Shown: one piece after another, positions 1 through 8,360 of the stretch
How the letters are laid out: every line of letters starts with the position of its first letter
How positions within the stretch are numbered: position 1 is the stretch's first letter
DNA from: Nitrospirota bacterium
GTDB lineage: Bacteria > Nitrospirota > UBA9217
Assembly (NCBI GenBank): GCA_037447195.1
Contig: JBBIHD010000011.1
Coordinates: 1 to 24,941, forward strand
Direction: 5' to 3'
DNA: 24,941 nt
Notes under the pieces: generated by a model
What the model was told of the DNA's origin: nothing
Database searches by the model: none
Seen by the model: only the letters and a program-made list of their open reading frames with translations
Position numbers and translations under genes: made by a program

Positions 1-430
1 GCTTGGCGATCTCGATGAAGCGCTCTTCATAGATCTCGAATGGGAGCTTGTCGGTGATGCAGATGGGGTCAAAGCGCCAAACAATGTGGTCAGGCGAATA
101 GCGCCTGGCGATATGGATGAAGTCCTTGACAGCCTCGCGAAAGTCCGGAGTCCTGAGTTCAAGCTCCCGGTTTCCGGTGATGGTGAAGTGAAAGAACAGG
201 TTCCCGGTGGTTTTTTCGACCTCGTCGAGGGACGAGAGCAAGGGCGCATAGTCCTTGGACCAGAAGACGATGGCCCCCACATCTTCGGGCTTTAAGGAGA
301 CCTGAAACCATTTCCGCGTATAGGGGTGACGGACGTCGGCAAAGCCTTCACGCAGGCGGGTCAGAAGCCACTCAGTATAGAAGGCGGGAATGTCGGTGCG
401 GCGGCTGGCTGAGATGATCTGCTGGGACAT
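1..430 (-). CDS. DUF1848-family protein, 5' part (runs off the left edge; absent from the ORF track)
   Basis: Manual translation from ATG at 430: MSQQIISASRRTDIPAFYTEWLL...VFWSKD...WRFDPI. IISASRRTDIPAFY and WRFDPI are motifs I recognise from DUF1848. Confidence 0.85.
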   Translation of the reverse strand, partial: MSQQIISASRRTDIPAFYTEWLLTRLREGFADVRHPYTRKWFQVSLKPEDVGAIVFWSKDYAPLLSSLDEVEKTTGNLFFHFTITGNRELELRTPDFREAVKDFIHIARRYSPDHIVWRFDPICITDKLPFEIYEERFIEIAK

Positions 431-440
431 GGGACATTAT

Positions 441-771
441 AACCGCAGATCACTGCAAGGAAAAGAAATAAACCATGCCAGCCGCGTATGAACGCGAATA
501 AATACTTGGATAACAATGAAAAGGATCGATTGGCCACGGATGCACACTGATGGACACGGATAGGTACGAATGCTTTTGAGCCGCGAATGAACGCGAATGG
601 GCGCGAAGAAATGATTAAATAAGAAGAAGATCGCTGAGCAAAGCATGTCCACAGCGCGACAAGGACGTGAGCCAATGCTTTTTTACCGAGGCAGAAGGAG
701 ATGTTCTTTTGTCTCTATTCGCGTTATTCGCATAAATTCGCGGCCAATGGTTTTAAGTTCCTATCTGTGGC
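441..771. repeat. Cluster of short imperfect direct and inverted repeats (GCCGCGAATGAACGCGAAT and GCCACGGAT types), nested
   Basis: gccgcgtatgaacgcgaat 481-499; ggccacggatgcacactgatggacacggat 532-561; gccgcgaatgaacgcgaat 580-598; inverted tattcgcgttattcgcataaattcgcggcc 716-745; inverted atctgtggc 763-771. Confidence 0.75.
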
Positions 772-787
772 AAAGAATGTCTTGCTA

Positions 788-2197
788 TTACCCGATCATC
801 CCCACAGCAGCCTCGATCCGCTTCAGCACCTTGTCTCTGCCCATCACCTCGATCACGTCATAGATGCCGGGGCTGACGGTCCCGCCGGTGAGGGCCACGC
901 GCACAGGCTGGGCCAGCTTGCCGAGCTTGACGCCCCTGGCGTTCACGAGGTCGTTGAAGGTTTTTTCGACAGCATCGTGAGTGAAAGGTTCAAGCGTCCT
1001 GAGGGAAGCGGCCAGCTCCGACAGCATCGGCGCGACTTCCGGCGTGAGGTGTTTGGCCTTTGCCTTTTCGTCCATCGTGATGTCGTCCTGGATAAACGGG
1101 AGGGAGGAAGTCTTCATCTCGAGCAGCGTATGGCTGCGCTCGGTCAATATGCTGACGAGCTTCTGCATCCAGGCTCCCTCAGGCTCCTTTCCTGCCTGTA
1201 CTACACCGTCCTTCCTGAGCAGATCGAGCAGCAGCCCTGCGAGGCGCGCGGGATCAGCCTGCTGGATGTAGTGGTGGTTCAGCCAGACCAGCTTCTCGGG
1301 GTTGAAGACCGCCGGGGCCTTGCCCACGTTGTCGAGGGAGAACTTCGCGATCAGTTCGTCTCGGGAGAATATCTCCTGGTCGCCTGAAGACCAGCCGAGC
1401 CGGGCAAGATAGTTCACGAGCGCTTCGGGCAGGTACCCCAGGTCAGCGTACTCGGTGACAGCAGTTGCTCCGTGGCGCTTCGATAATTTCGTCTTGTCCG
1501 GGCCCAGGATCATGGGCAGGTGCGCGAAGGCAGGCGGCTCATGTCCCAGGGCCTGGTAGAGCTGGATCTGGCGCGGCGTGTTGTTCAGGTGGTCGTCGCC
1601 GCGGATCACATGGGTGATATGCATGGTCACATCGTCAACGACCACGGCGAAATTGTAGGTGGGAAGGCCGTCAGAACGCAGAATGATCAGGTCGTCGAGC
1701 TGCTTGTTCTCGAAGGTCACTGCGCCGCGGATCAGGTCGCGCACGATCGTCTCGCCGTCGTCCTGGGACAGGAACCGGACAGCTGGGGTCCGGCCTTCCA
1801 CGGGAGCGGTCAGGGAAAGGCATTTGCGGTCGTACTTGGGCGGCCTGCCGGCTGCCATGGCCTCTTTGCGCCGGAAATCGAGCTCTTCAGGCGAGCAGTA
1901 GCAGTAGTAGGCCTTCTTCTCCTTCAGCAGCCGCTCCACATGAGACCGGTAGATGTCCATGCGCTCGGTCTGGCGGAAGGGGCCTTCGTCCCAGTCCATG
2001 CCGAGCCACTTCATCCCGTCCAGGATGATGCGGATGGACTCGTCGGTGGAACGAGTCTTGTCCGTGTCCTCGACGCGCAGGACAAAGGTCCCCTGGTGGT
2101 GGCGCGCAAAGAGCCAGTTGAACAGGGCGGTGCGCACGCCGCCGATATGAAGGGCGCCCGTGGGGCTGGGCGCGAACCTGACGCGAACAGTGCTCAT
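788..2197 (-). CDS. gltX: Glutamate--tRNA ligase
   Basis: 469 aa; VRVRFAPSPTG, HIGG (HIGH motif), LRVEDTD, HVIRGDDH, KLSKR (KMSKS motif), LRVALTG-like C-terminus. Confidence 0.98.
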   Translation of the reverse strand: MSTVRVRFAPSPTGALHIGGVRTALFNWLFARHHQGTFVLRVEDTDKTRSTDESIRIILDGMKWLGMDWDEGPFRQTERMDIYRSHVERLLKEKKAYYCYCSPEELDFRRKEAMAAGRPPKYDRKCLSLTAPVEGRTPAVRFLSQDDGETIVRDLIRGAVTFENKQLDDLIILRSDGLPTYNFAVVVDDVTMHITHVIRGDDHLNNTPRQIQLYQALGHEPPAFAHLPMILGPDKTKLSKRHGATAVTEYADLGYLPEALVNYLARLGWSSGDQEIFSRDELIAKFSLDNVGKAPAVFNPEKLVWLNHHYIQQADPARLAGLLLDLLRKDGVVQAGKEPEGAWMQKLVSILTERSHTLLEMKTSSLPFIQDDITMDEKAKAKHLTPEVAPMLSELAASLRTLEPFTHDAVEKTFNDLVNARGVKLGKLAQPVRVALTGGTVSPGIYDVIEVMGRDKVLKRIEAAVGMIG

Positions 2198-2264
2198 GGT
2201 CGTTATCGTATTCCTTTCAGGCCGCAGCGGTCATCCATGTTTCCGGAACGGGATGTGAGGGCTG

Positions 2265-2273
2265 ATTATAACA
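2265..2273 (-). promoter_or_regulatory. Extended -10 sigma70-type promoter for gltX
   Basis: Minus strand reads TGT-TATAAT (TGn plus perfect -10) about 68 nt upstream of the gltX start; no good -35. Confidence 0.55.
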
Positions 2274-2466
2274 GATTGGCCATGCGGCTGAAAAGGAAAA
2301 ACAGGGTCCCGGCGAAAGGGCCCGTGGACGCCGATGAACCTGTAAAGAGCATTTGGACGCGGATAAAAGCTGACAACTTCTGATAAAGCCAAAAGAGACC
2401 TGCGGTTAAAGTACTTTACGGACAAACATCTTAAATTTTCAGCCAAGTTCTATAGAGCCAAAAGCG

Positions 2467-2561
2467 TTCACCGCGAGGGCGCAAAGGTCGCAAAGGAAAG
2501 CTCGAATTCAGATTTTAAAAGCATAAAAAACCTTCGCGTCCTTCGCGTCTTGGCGGTTCAA
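2467..2561. repeat. Miniature inverted-repeat element (ACCGCnAnGnCGCnAAGG type)
   Basis: Left arm ttcaccgcgagggcgcaaaggtcgcaaagg 2467-2496. Right arm ccttcgcgtccttcgcgtcttggcggttcaa 2531-2561 is its imperfect reverse complement. The spacer is AT-rich, about 34 nt. Confidence 0.75.
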
Positions 2562-2745
2562 CGGTTTGGTTTTGTTTCATCGGTCTGATGCAGAGCCTCG
2601 CTAATTCTTGAAAAAAACTCACCTGCAAGGGGAAAGGTGACAACGTTCAGGACAAAAAGCATTGGTTTTTTCATTGGTTATCGGCTTTTTCTGTGTCCCA
2701 ACTGTTGTTTTTAGGATGAAGGAAGTCAGGGAGGCCCAAAATAAA

Positions 2746-2773
2746 AAAAGGGGCGGCAGAAGCCGCCCCTTTT
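2746..2773 (-). terminator. Rho-independent terminator of atpB-atpE
   Basis: Stem aaaaggggcggc / gccgcccctttt, 4-nt loop, followed by a T-run on the minus strand, 18 nt after the atpE stop. Confidence 0.85.
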
Positions 2774-2790
2774 CGTGCTCAGAGACCAGA

Positions 2791-3928
<1,138 letters not shown>

Positions 3929-3975
3929 GGCGGGGTCTCCTGCGATTTGAAAGAAACAGATGTTATGCAGTCAAA

Positions 3976-4004
3976 ACTTTACTTCAAGCCCCCCGGCAAG
4001 TCAA
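3976..4004 (-). promoter_or_regulatory. sigma70-type promoter for atpB-atpE
   Basis: Minus strand TTGACT-17 nt-TAAAGT, 47 nt upstream of the atpB start. Confidence 0.7.
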
Positions 4005-4072
4005 GAAAAAATCAGGCATCGTTCCATTAAATTTCCTAATGATTGTATATGCTTTTGTTAATAAAATAAAAA

Positions 4073-4099
4073 ATCCACACCCCGGGAAGGGGTGTGGAT
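4073..4099 (-). terminator. Rho-independent terminator after the YeiH-family gene
   Basis: 11-bp stem atccacacccc / ggggtgtggat, followed on the minus strand by TTTTTTATTTT. Confidence 0.85.
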
Positions 4100-4143
4100 C
4101 TCGGTGATCAGGCAAGGTCGCGGGCAAGGTCGCGGGCAGGGGC

Positions 4144-5106
4144 TCAGGCCATGACCAGAAACACGCCCACGGCAGCGGCCCAGGCCAGGAAGGCCACGAT
4201 GATGGGCTGGACCTTCAGGGTCTTGAAATCACACAGCAGGCCGAGGTTCACGAAGGCCGTGGCAAAGACGATGGTGGCGGCCGCCTTGATGGCCTTGAAC
4301 TTGGTCACAACAGCAAAGGCCGGGCTGAAGGCCGTGAGGCCCAGGATCACGATGAAGGCCGTGAGCACGATCAGGAGATAGCCGGCCCCCTTCTTTTTGC
4401 CCGCCTGCCTGGAGGCGATGAAGAAAAAGGCAAGGGCCACGAAGGGGATCAGGGCCGTGCGAAGAACTTTTACCGGCAGCGCGATGTCCTTGCTGACCGT
4501 GCCGAGGCCTGCCGTGGCGATCTTCACGATCCCGGTCTGATGGAGGGTGGCGCCTGACAGGACGCCGTACACGTCATTGCCCAGGCCCTGGAAAAAGGGG
4601 ATCGCCTGGAACATCACCACCGCTGCGAGGCCGACGAGGGTGATGGCGATGAGGGAGTTCGAGATGTCCTCGTCCTTGGCGTCAACAGCCGTGCAGGTGA
4701 TCGCAATGGCTGAAGCACCGCAGATGGACGATCCCACGGCCGTCAGCCAGTTGGTTTTTTGGGGAAGCTTGAACAGACGGCCGAGCAGCAGCGCCGCGAC
4801 CAGCAGTACACCGAAGGCCGTGAAGGTCTGGACGTAGACTTCCCCGGAAAGGGCAAGGCTTTTCTTGATATTGATGGTGGCAGCGTAGAGTATCACGCCG
4901 ATGGGAATGAGGAAGTCCTTGATGTCTTTGGCATAGGCGATCACCATGTCAAAGGACGGCAGTTTACCGAAGAGCAGACGTACGATCATGCCGGCCAGAA
5001 GCGCCATGACCAGCGCATCCAGCGTTTCGTGAAGCCCCGAGAGCACAAATGCGCCAATTCCGAGGAGTGTGGTGAGCAAAACACCTGGAGCCAGGGCCTT
5101 GAACAT
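4144..5106 (-). CDS. YeiH/UPF0324-family membrane protein (putative sulfate/sulfite exporter family)
   Basis: 320 aa, about 10 hydrophobic segments; AVGSSICGASAIA signature, GATLHQTGIV, VKVLRTALI; RBS AAGGAGG. Confidence 0.85.
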   Translation of the reverse strand: MFKALAPGVLLTTLLGIGAFVLSGLHETLDALVMALLAGMIVRLLFGKLPSFDMVIAYAKDIKDFLIPIGVILYAATINIKKSLALSGEVYVQTFTAFGVLLVAALLLGRLFKLPQKTNWLTAVGSSICGASAIAITCTAVDAKDEDISNSLIAITLVGLAAVVMFQAIPFFQGLGNDVYGVLSGATLHQTGIVKIATAGLGTVSKDIALPVKVLRTALIPFVALAFFFIASRQAGKKKGAGYLLIVLTAFIVILGLTAFSPAFAVVTKFKAIKAAATIVFATAFVNLGLLCDFKTLKVQPIIVAFLAWAAAVGVFLVMA

Positions 5107-5133
5107 GAATCCCTCCTTGCACGCTATCCAGAA

Positions 5134-5340
5134 TTAGAATTTGATATCCAGAGAATCTTTGCCCAGGACCGTCTTGGCAGCCTCCAGGAAAAGCTTCTCT
5201 TTTTCAGCATCATCCGGGGTGTCCTCAGTGAGTTTGGAAAGATCCTCGTGCACCAGAAGCCTCATCCTGCTCATGGCAAGATTCTTCAGTACGGTATGTT
5301 CCGCTACATAATCCACTATTTTTTTCAGCCTGCCGGGCAT
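5134..5340 (-). CDS. Small hypothetical protein (68 aa), co-transcribed with the YeiH-family gene
   Basis: Strong RBS GGAGGAGG upstream of the ATG, promoter just upstream, 27-nt gap to the next gene; helical, hydrophilic sequence. Confidence 0.7.
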   Translation of the reverse strand: MPGRLKKIVDYVAEHTVLKNLAMSRMRLLVHEDLSKLTEDTPDDAEKEKLFLEAAKTVLGKDSLDIKF

Positions 5341-5408
5341 ACTGCATCCCCTCCTCCACGCAAAGCGCCCTCAGGGCGCACGAACGCTGTTTTATCGGCA
5401 TGGTGGAC

Positions 5409-5438
5409 AGTATATCACAGATTTTCTCAGTTTGTAAA
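5409..5438 (-). promoter_or_regulatory. sigma70-type promoter for the 68-aa gene and YeiH
   Basis: Minus strand TTTACA-18 nt-TATACT with TG extension (TGA-TATACT). Confidence 0.6.
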
Positions 5439-5547
5439 TAAATTTCCTGTTGAGGATCGCCAGGCAGCAGTGGTTAAGGTATTTCAAGGCTAATATGCAG
5501 GGTCGCCCTTTGAGCCAAAGGTGCTCATTGTTAGATTGCAAAAAAGA

Positions 5548-5570
5548 AGGGGAGGCTTTATGCCTCCCCT
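5548..5570 (-). terminator. Rho-independent terminator after the rhodanese gene
   Basis: Stem aggggaggc / gcctcccct with 5-nt loop, followed on the minus strand by TCTTTTTT. Confidence 0.75.
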
Positions 5571-5613
5571 GCGTGAAGTGCGTGTTTATGCTCTCGTAGT
5601 CCCCGGTACGCTC

Positions 5614-6171
5614 TTAGTCAGCGTAGGCGCCCAGGGCGTTGAAATTGTAAGGCAGGCCGTCGATCTTCCAGCCGTTCCGGGTCCGGTAGCCCTTTGCATC
5701 GGCGCCGCCCTCGAATCCGTTTACCATATTCATGACACGGTAGCCCAGCGGCTCAAGAATATTCGCGGCTGCCACGCTGCGCGCGCCGCTGCGGCACATG
5801 AGGATCAAAACCACGTTCTCCTTCACGGTGCCGAAAAGTTCGTTGATCTCGTTCACAAAGGAAGGATTCACGATGAACTGCTTCTTCCAGTCGATCTGGT
5901 AGGCCACGTTGAAGATCTTCAGGTCGAGCCCCTTGCCGTCGCCCGCCCTGTTCACGCCCGGGTGGCCGACCCAGCGCCACTCTTCGGGCGTGCGCACGTC
6001 GACAATGTAATAGACCGTAGCGCTGTCATAAGCGATGGCTGCCGTGGAACCGTTCATGACAAGCTCATAGGCCTGTGCTGTCGAGACGTTTTCGTAGGCT
6101 GCGGCCGGCATGGCCGCTGCAAAGGTAAAGAGGGCTGCAAAACAGACCATCAAAACAGTAGATTTTTTCAT
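5614..6171 (-). CDS. Exported single-domain rhodanese (sulfurtransferase)
   Basis: Sec signal MKKSTVLMVCFAALFTFAAAMPAAA; IVDVRTPEEW..GHP; active-site loop CRSGARS; GFEG...GWKIDGLP; RBS AGGAG. Confidence 0.9.
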   Translation of the reverse strand: MKKSTVLMVCFAALFTFAAAMPAAAYENVSTAQAYELVMNGSTAAIAYDSATVYYIVDVRTPEEWRWVGHPGVNRAGDGKGLDLKIFNVAYQIDWKKQFIVNPSFVNEINELFGTVKENVVLILMCRSGARSVAAANILEPLGYRVMNMVNGFEGGADAKGYRTRNGWKIDGLPYNFNALGAYAD

Positions 6172-6585
6172 GTGCGTTTTCTCCTATTATAGGGTGCGTT
6201 AAGTGTTGGTTACCGGTTAACTGCAAGAGATCCATCCTTGAAGACATGCTGCAACGTAACAAATGATGATGGCCTTCTTCAGACATCACCTCCCCTTGTC
6301 GATATGATGATTATGGAAGTTGTGTTTACTGGAATCGGCCCTAATGCGTTAGTACAAAAGTAGCAATTAGTTGCTTGTCTGTCAACTACAATTATAATCG
6401 GCATGCGCAAAAAATACATGTCTGCAAAATGATATAAAAACAGATAGTTGATGAACCATTCCGGATCGGCATGGCAATTTTAGATGAATACTTCTTCCGC
6501 AATAGTCAGAGCTTCGGCTAGTCTGGTGATGGATAAAAATTAAACGATCGTTTGTGATGGGGGGGGTTGCCTGGCAACCACGGGT

Positions 6586-7218
6586 CTATTTCAGCTTGCC
6601 ATATCGCTCCGCCTCTGCTCGAGATCTCTCATAATTAGGCGAGTCTCCGGTAGCCTGGTAAACCTCTGCCAGATGACCATAGGCCTCAGAGAGGTATTCC
6701 GGCCGGTCCTGAGGAAGGGTCCTTACAGACTCTTCGAGCGCCTCTAACGCTTCACTGATCCGCCCTTGGCGGTAAAGAACCACGCCGAGCGTGTCAAGGT
6801 AGTAAGGCCGCTGCTCCGGAGTGCGCCGTATCGCTTCCCTGGCAAGCTGTTCAGCTTTCCTCAGTTGATCTCCCTGTTCGAGATACACCCATGCAAGATT
6901 GTTATAGCTGTTCCCGTTCCCGGGATCCAGGGATATGGCTTTGAGATAGGCCTTTTCAGCCTCTTTATGTGCTCCTGTGCGGAAGGACAGGTCGCCTATC
7001 ATGAGCCAGGTGAGCGGGCTGTTGCTGCCGCCTCTGACTGCAGCGCGGTATTGCTGCAGCGCTAACTGCAGTTTGCCCTGCGACTCATAGACCTGCCCCA
7101 GGCGGACATGCTCTTCCGCCGTAAGCGGATCATTCAGAACGATGATCCTCGGGAGCGAGCAGCTGGTGGCAGCAGCCAGTGAGGTCAGGATCAGAATATG
7201 CAGAATGAATTTTGTCAT
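6586..7218 (-). CDS. TPR-repeat lipoprotein
   Basis: Signal with lipobox-like AATSC. TPR helices: LGQVYESQGKLQLALQQYRAA, IGDLSFRTG..EAEKAYLKAISLDP, YNNLAWVY, YLDTLGVVLYRQG. Confidence 0.85.
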   Translation of the reverse strand: MTKFILHILILTSLAAATSCSLPRIIVLNDPLTAEEHVRLGQVYESQGKLQLALQQYRAAVRGGSNSPLTWLMIGDLSFRTGAHKEAEKAYLKAISLDPGNGNSYNNLAWVYLEQGDQLRKAEQLAREAIRRTPEQRPYYLDTLGVVLYRQGRISEALEALEESVRTLPQDRPEYLSEAYGHLAEVYQATGDSPNYERSRAEAERYGKLK

Positions 7219-7264
7219 GCTATATCATATCTGGAAAGGACAGAAAAGTCGCCAGGCTGCGGCA

Positions 7265-7900
7265 TTATCCGGCACCCTGCGCCGCAACAGGAGCGCGTGC
7301 CGGTGTAGGGTGCACTACAAGCATCCAGTTGCCGGTACGGCCCCAGGATTTTTGAAAGCTATCATAGGACATCAGCCGGTTCCGTGTAACGCCGTCATGC
7401 ATGATCATGACACGGTTGACATCGTCAAAGCCGATCGCGACCACGTAATGGGGCCGCCGGTAGAGGCCGCTGCCCAGGTCGAGCAGGCAGATGACCGGCC
7501 GACCGCTACGGATCTCAGCGTGCAGTCGCTCAAGGGTGCCCGCTGCGGCTTCGGTAGAAAATCCCGACGACCGGGCGAAATTTTCCATGTCAGGAGGAAG
7601 GGTTCCCCCGAGGGCCGGCGTCATGATGCGCGACCCGATCTCGTCAAGCGGGACGACGGCGCCATAAAATGCCAGGACGCCGGAAAGGGCGGCCGGACCG
7701 CAGTCGTCCGCACCCTGGCGCACAAAGGGCACGCCGCTGATATAGTGTCCGCGGGCATCGAGGCCCGGCGGCAATGAAGACAAGTCCCGAGGCGCGCATC
7801 CCACAGCCAGGAGCGTTGCAGCAACGATAATGATGAACAAAAAAAAACCGCAAACAGCCCCTTGTCTGTTTGCGGACCAACTCGTTTCCAGTGCGGCCAT
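7265..7900 (-). CDS. Stand-alone C39-like cysteine peptidase, lipoprotein (PA2778-like)
   Basis: Lipobox LAVGC; VPFVRQGADDCGPAAL (Gln and catalytic Cys), HYVVAIGFD (His), MHDG (Asp). Its ATG overlaps the upstream TAA (TAATG). Confidence 0.85.
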   Translation of the reverse strand: MAALETSWSANRQGAVCGFFLFIIIVAATLLAVGCAPRDLSSLPPGLDARGHYISGVPFVRQGADDCGPAALSGVLAFYGAVVPLDEIGSRIMTPALGGTLPPDMENFARSSGFSTEAAAGTLERLHAEIRSGRPVICLLDLGSGLYRRPHYVVAIGFDDVNRVMIMHDGVTRNRLMSYDSFQKSWGRTGNWMLVVHPTPARAPVAAQGAG

Positions 7901-8325
7901 TATCTGCGCTTCACCTCAATGCGGCCTTCAAGCAGATAGATAAGCAGCACAACAAGCAGTGCGATGATGAGCAGTCCGACAACGGCTCCCACGGCATCGC
8001 CGCCGGCCTGGAGCGAGTCCAGGTTCGATGCCAGGTGATGAAGTTGTTCATCAGAAAGACTGTTCAACTTCGCCGCGGCCTCGTCGGCCGAAAGCCCGTA
8101 GTCCATGAGGCGCTGCTGGATCACCTTGGATTCGAGCACCGTCTGAACCTTGCCCAGGTCCGCGATCCGCTCTTGCGACGACACACCCGTGGCCGCTGCG
8201 CCCTGCGGATCCACGGCCAGGTACATGGCCTCTGCCGGACCGGCAAAGGTCGAGATCACGAGCAGGGCGGCTGCGAGGTACACTGCCAATGGTTTGGCAT
8301 AGAAACGCTTCAGCATAGGGTTCAT
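7900..8325 (-). CDS. PA2779-like protein, paralog B (signal peptide, helical domain, AGG, C-terminal TM helix)
   Basis: RBS AAGGAGG; signal ending GPAEA; QRLMDYGLS..LSDEQLHHLASNLDSLQAGG then a strongly hydrophobic helix and basic tail. The family name is from recall. Confidence 0.8.
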   Translation of the reverse strand: MNPMLKRFYAKPLAVYLAAALLVISTFAGPAEAMYLAVDPQGAAATGVSSQERIADLGKVQTVLESKVIQQRLMDYGLSADEAAAKLNSLSDEQLHHLASNLDSLQAGGDAVGAVVGLLIIALLVVLLIYLLEGRIEVKRR

Positions 8326-8360
8326 AACGGGAAACCTCCTTTTTGATGGAAGCAGCGCGT

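Noticed and set aside
441-771. CRISPR array interpretation of the repeats
   Set aside because: Repeats are imperfect, irregularly spaced and in both orientations; no constant repeat-spacer period; no cas genes.
361-863. ORFs 361..675, 437..652 and 645..863
   Set aside because: Translations of the repeat elements (FAFIRG, IRVHQC repeats) overlapping real gene ends; likely spurious.
701-2383. Plus-strand ORFs 701..1387 and 1520..2383
   Set aside because: Antisense shadows of gltX with no independent RBS or motifs.
4759-6192. Plus-strand ORFs 4759..5493 and 5521..6192
   Set aside because: Antisense to the YeiH, 68-aa and rhodanese genes, which have the RBS, promoter and terminator support.
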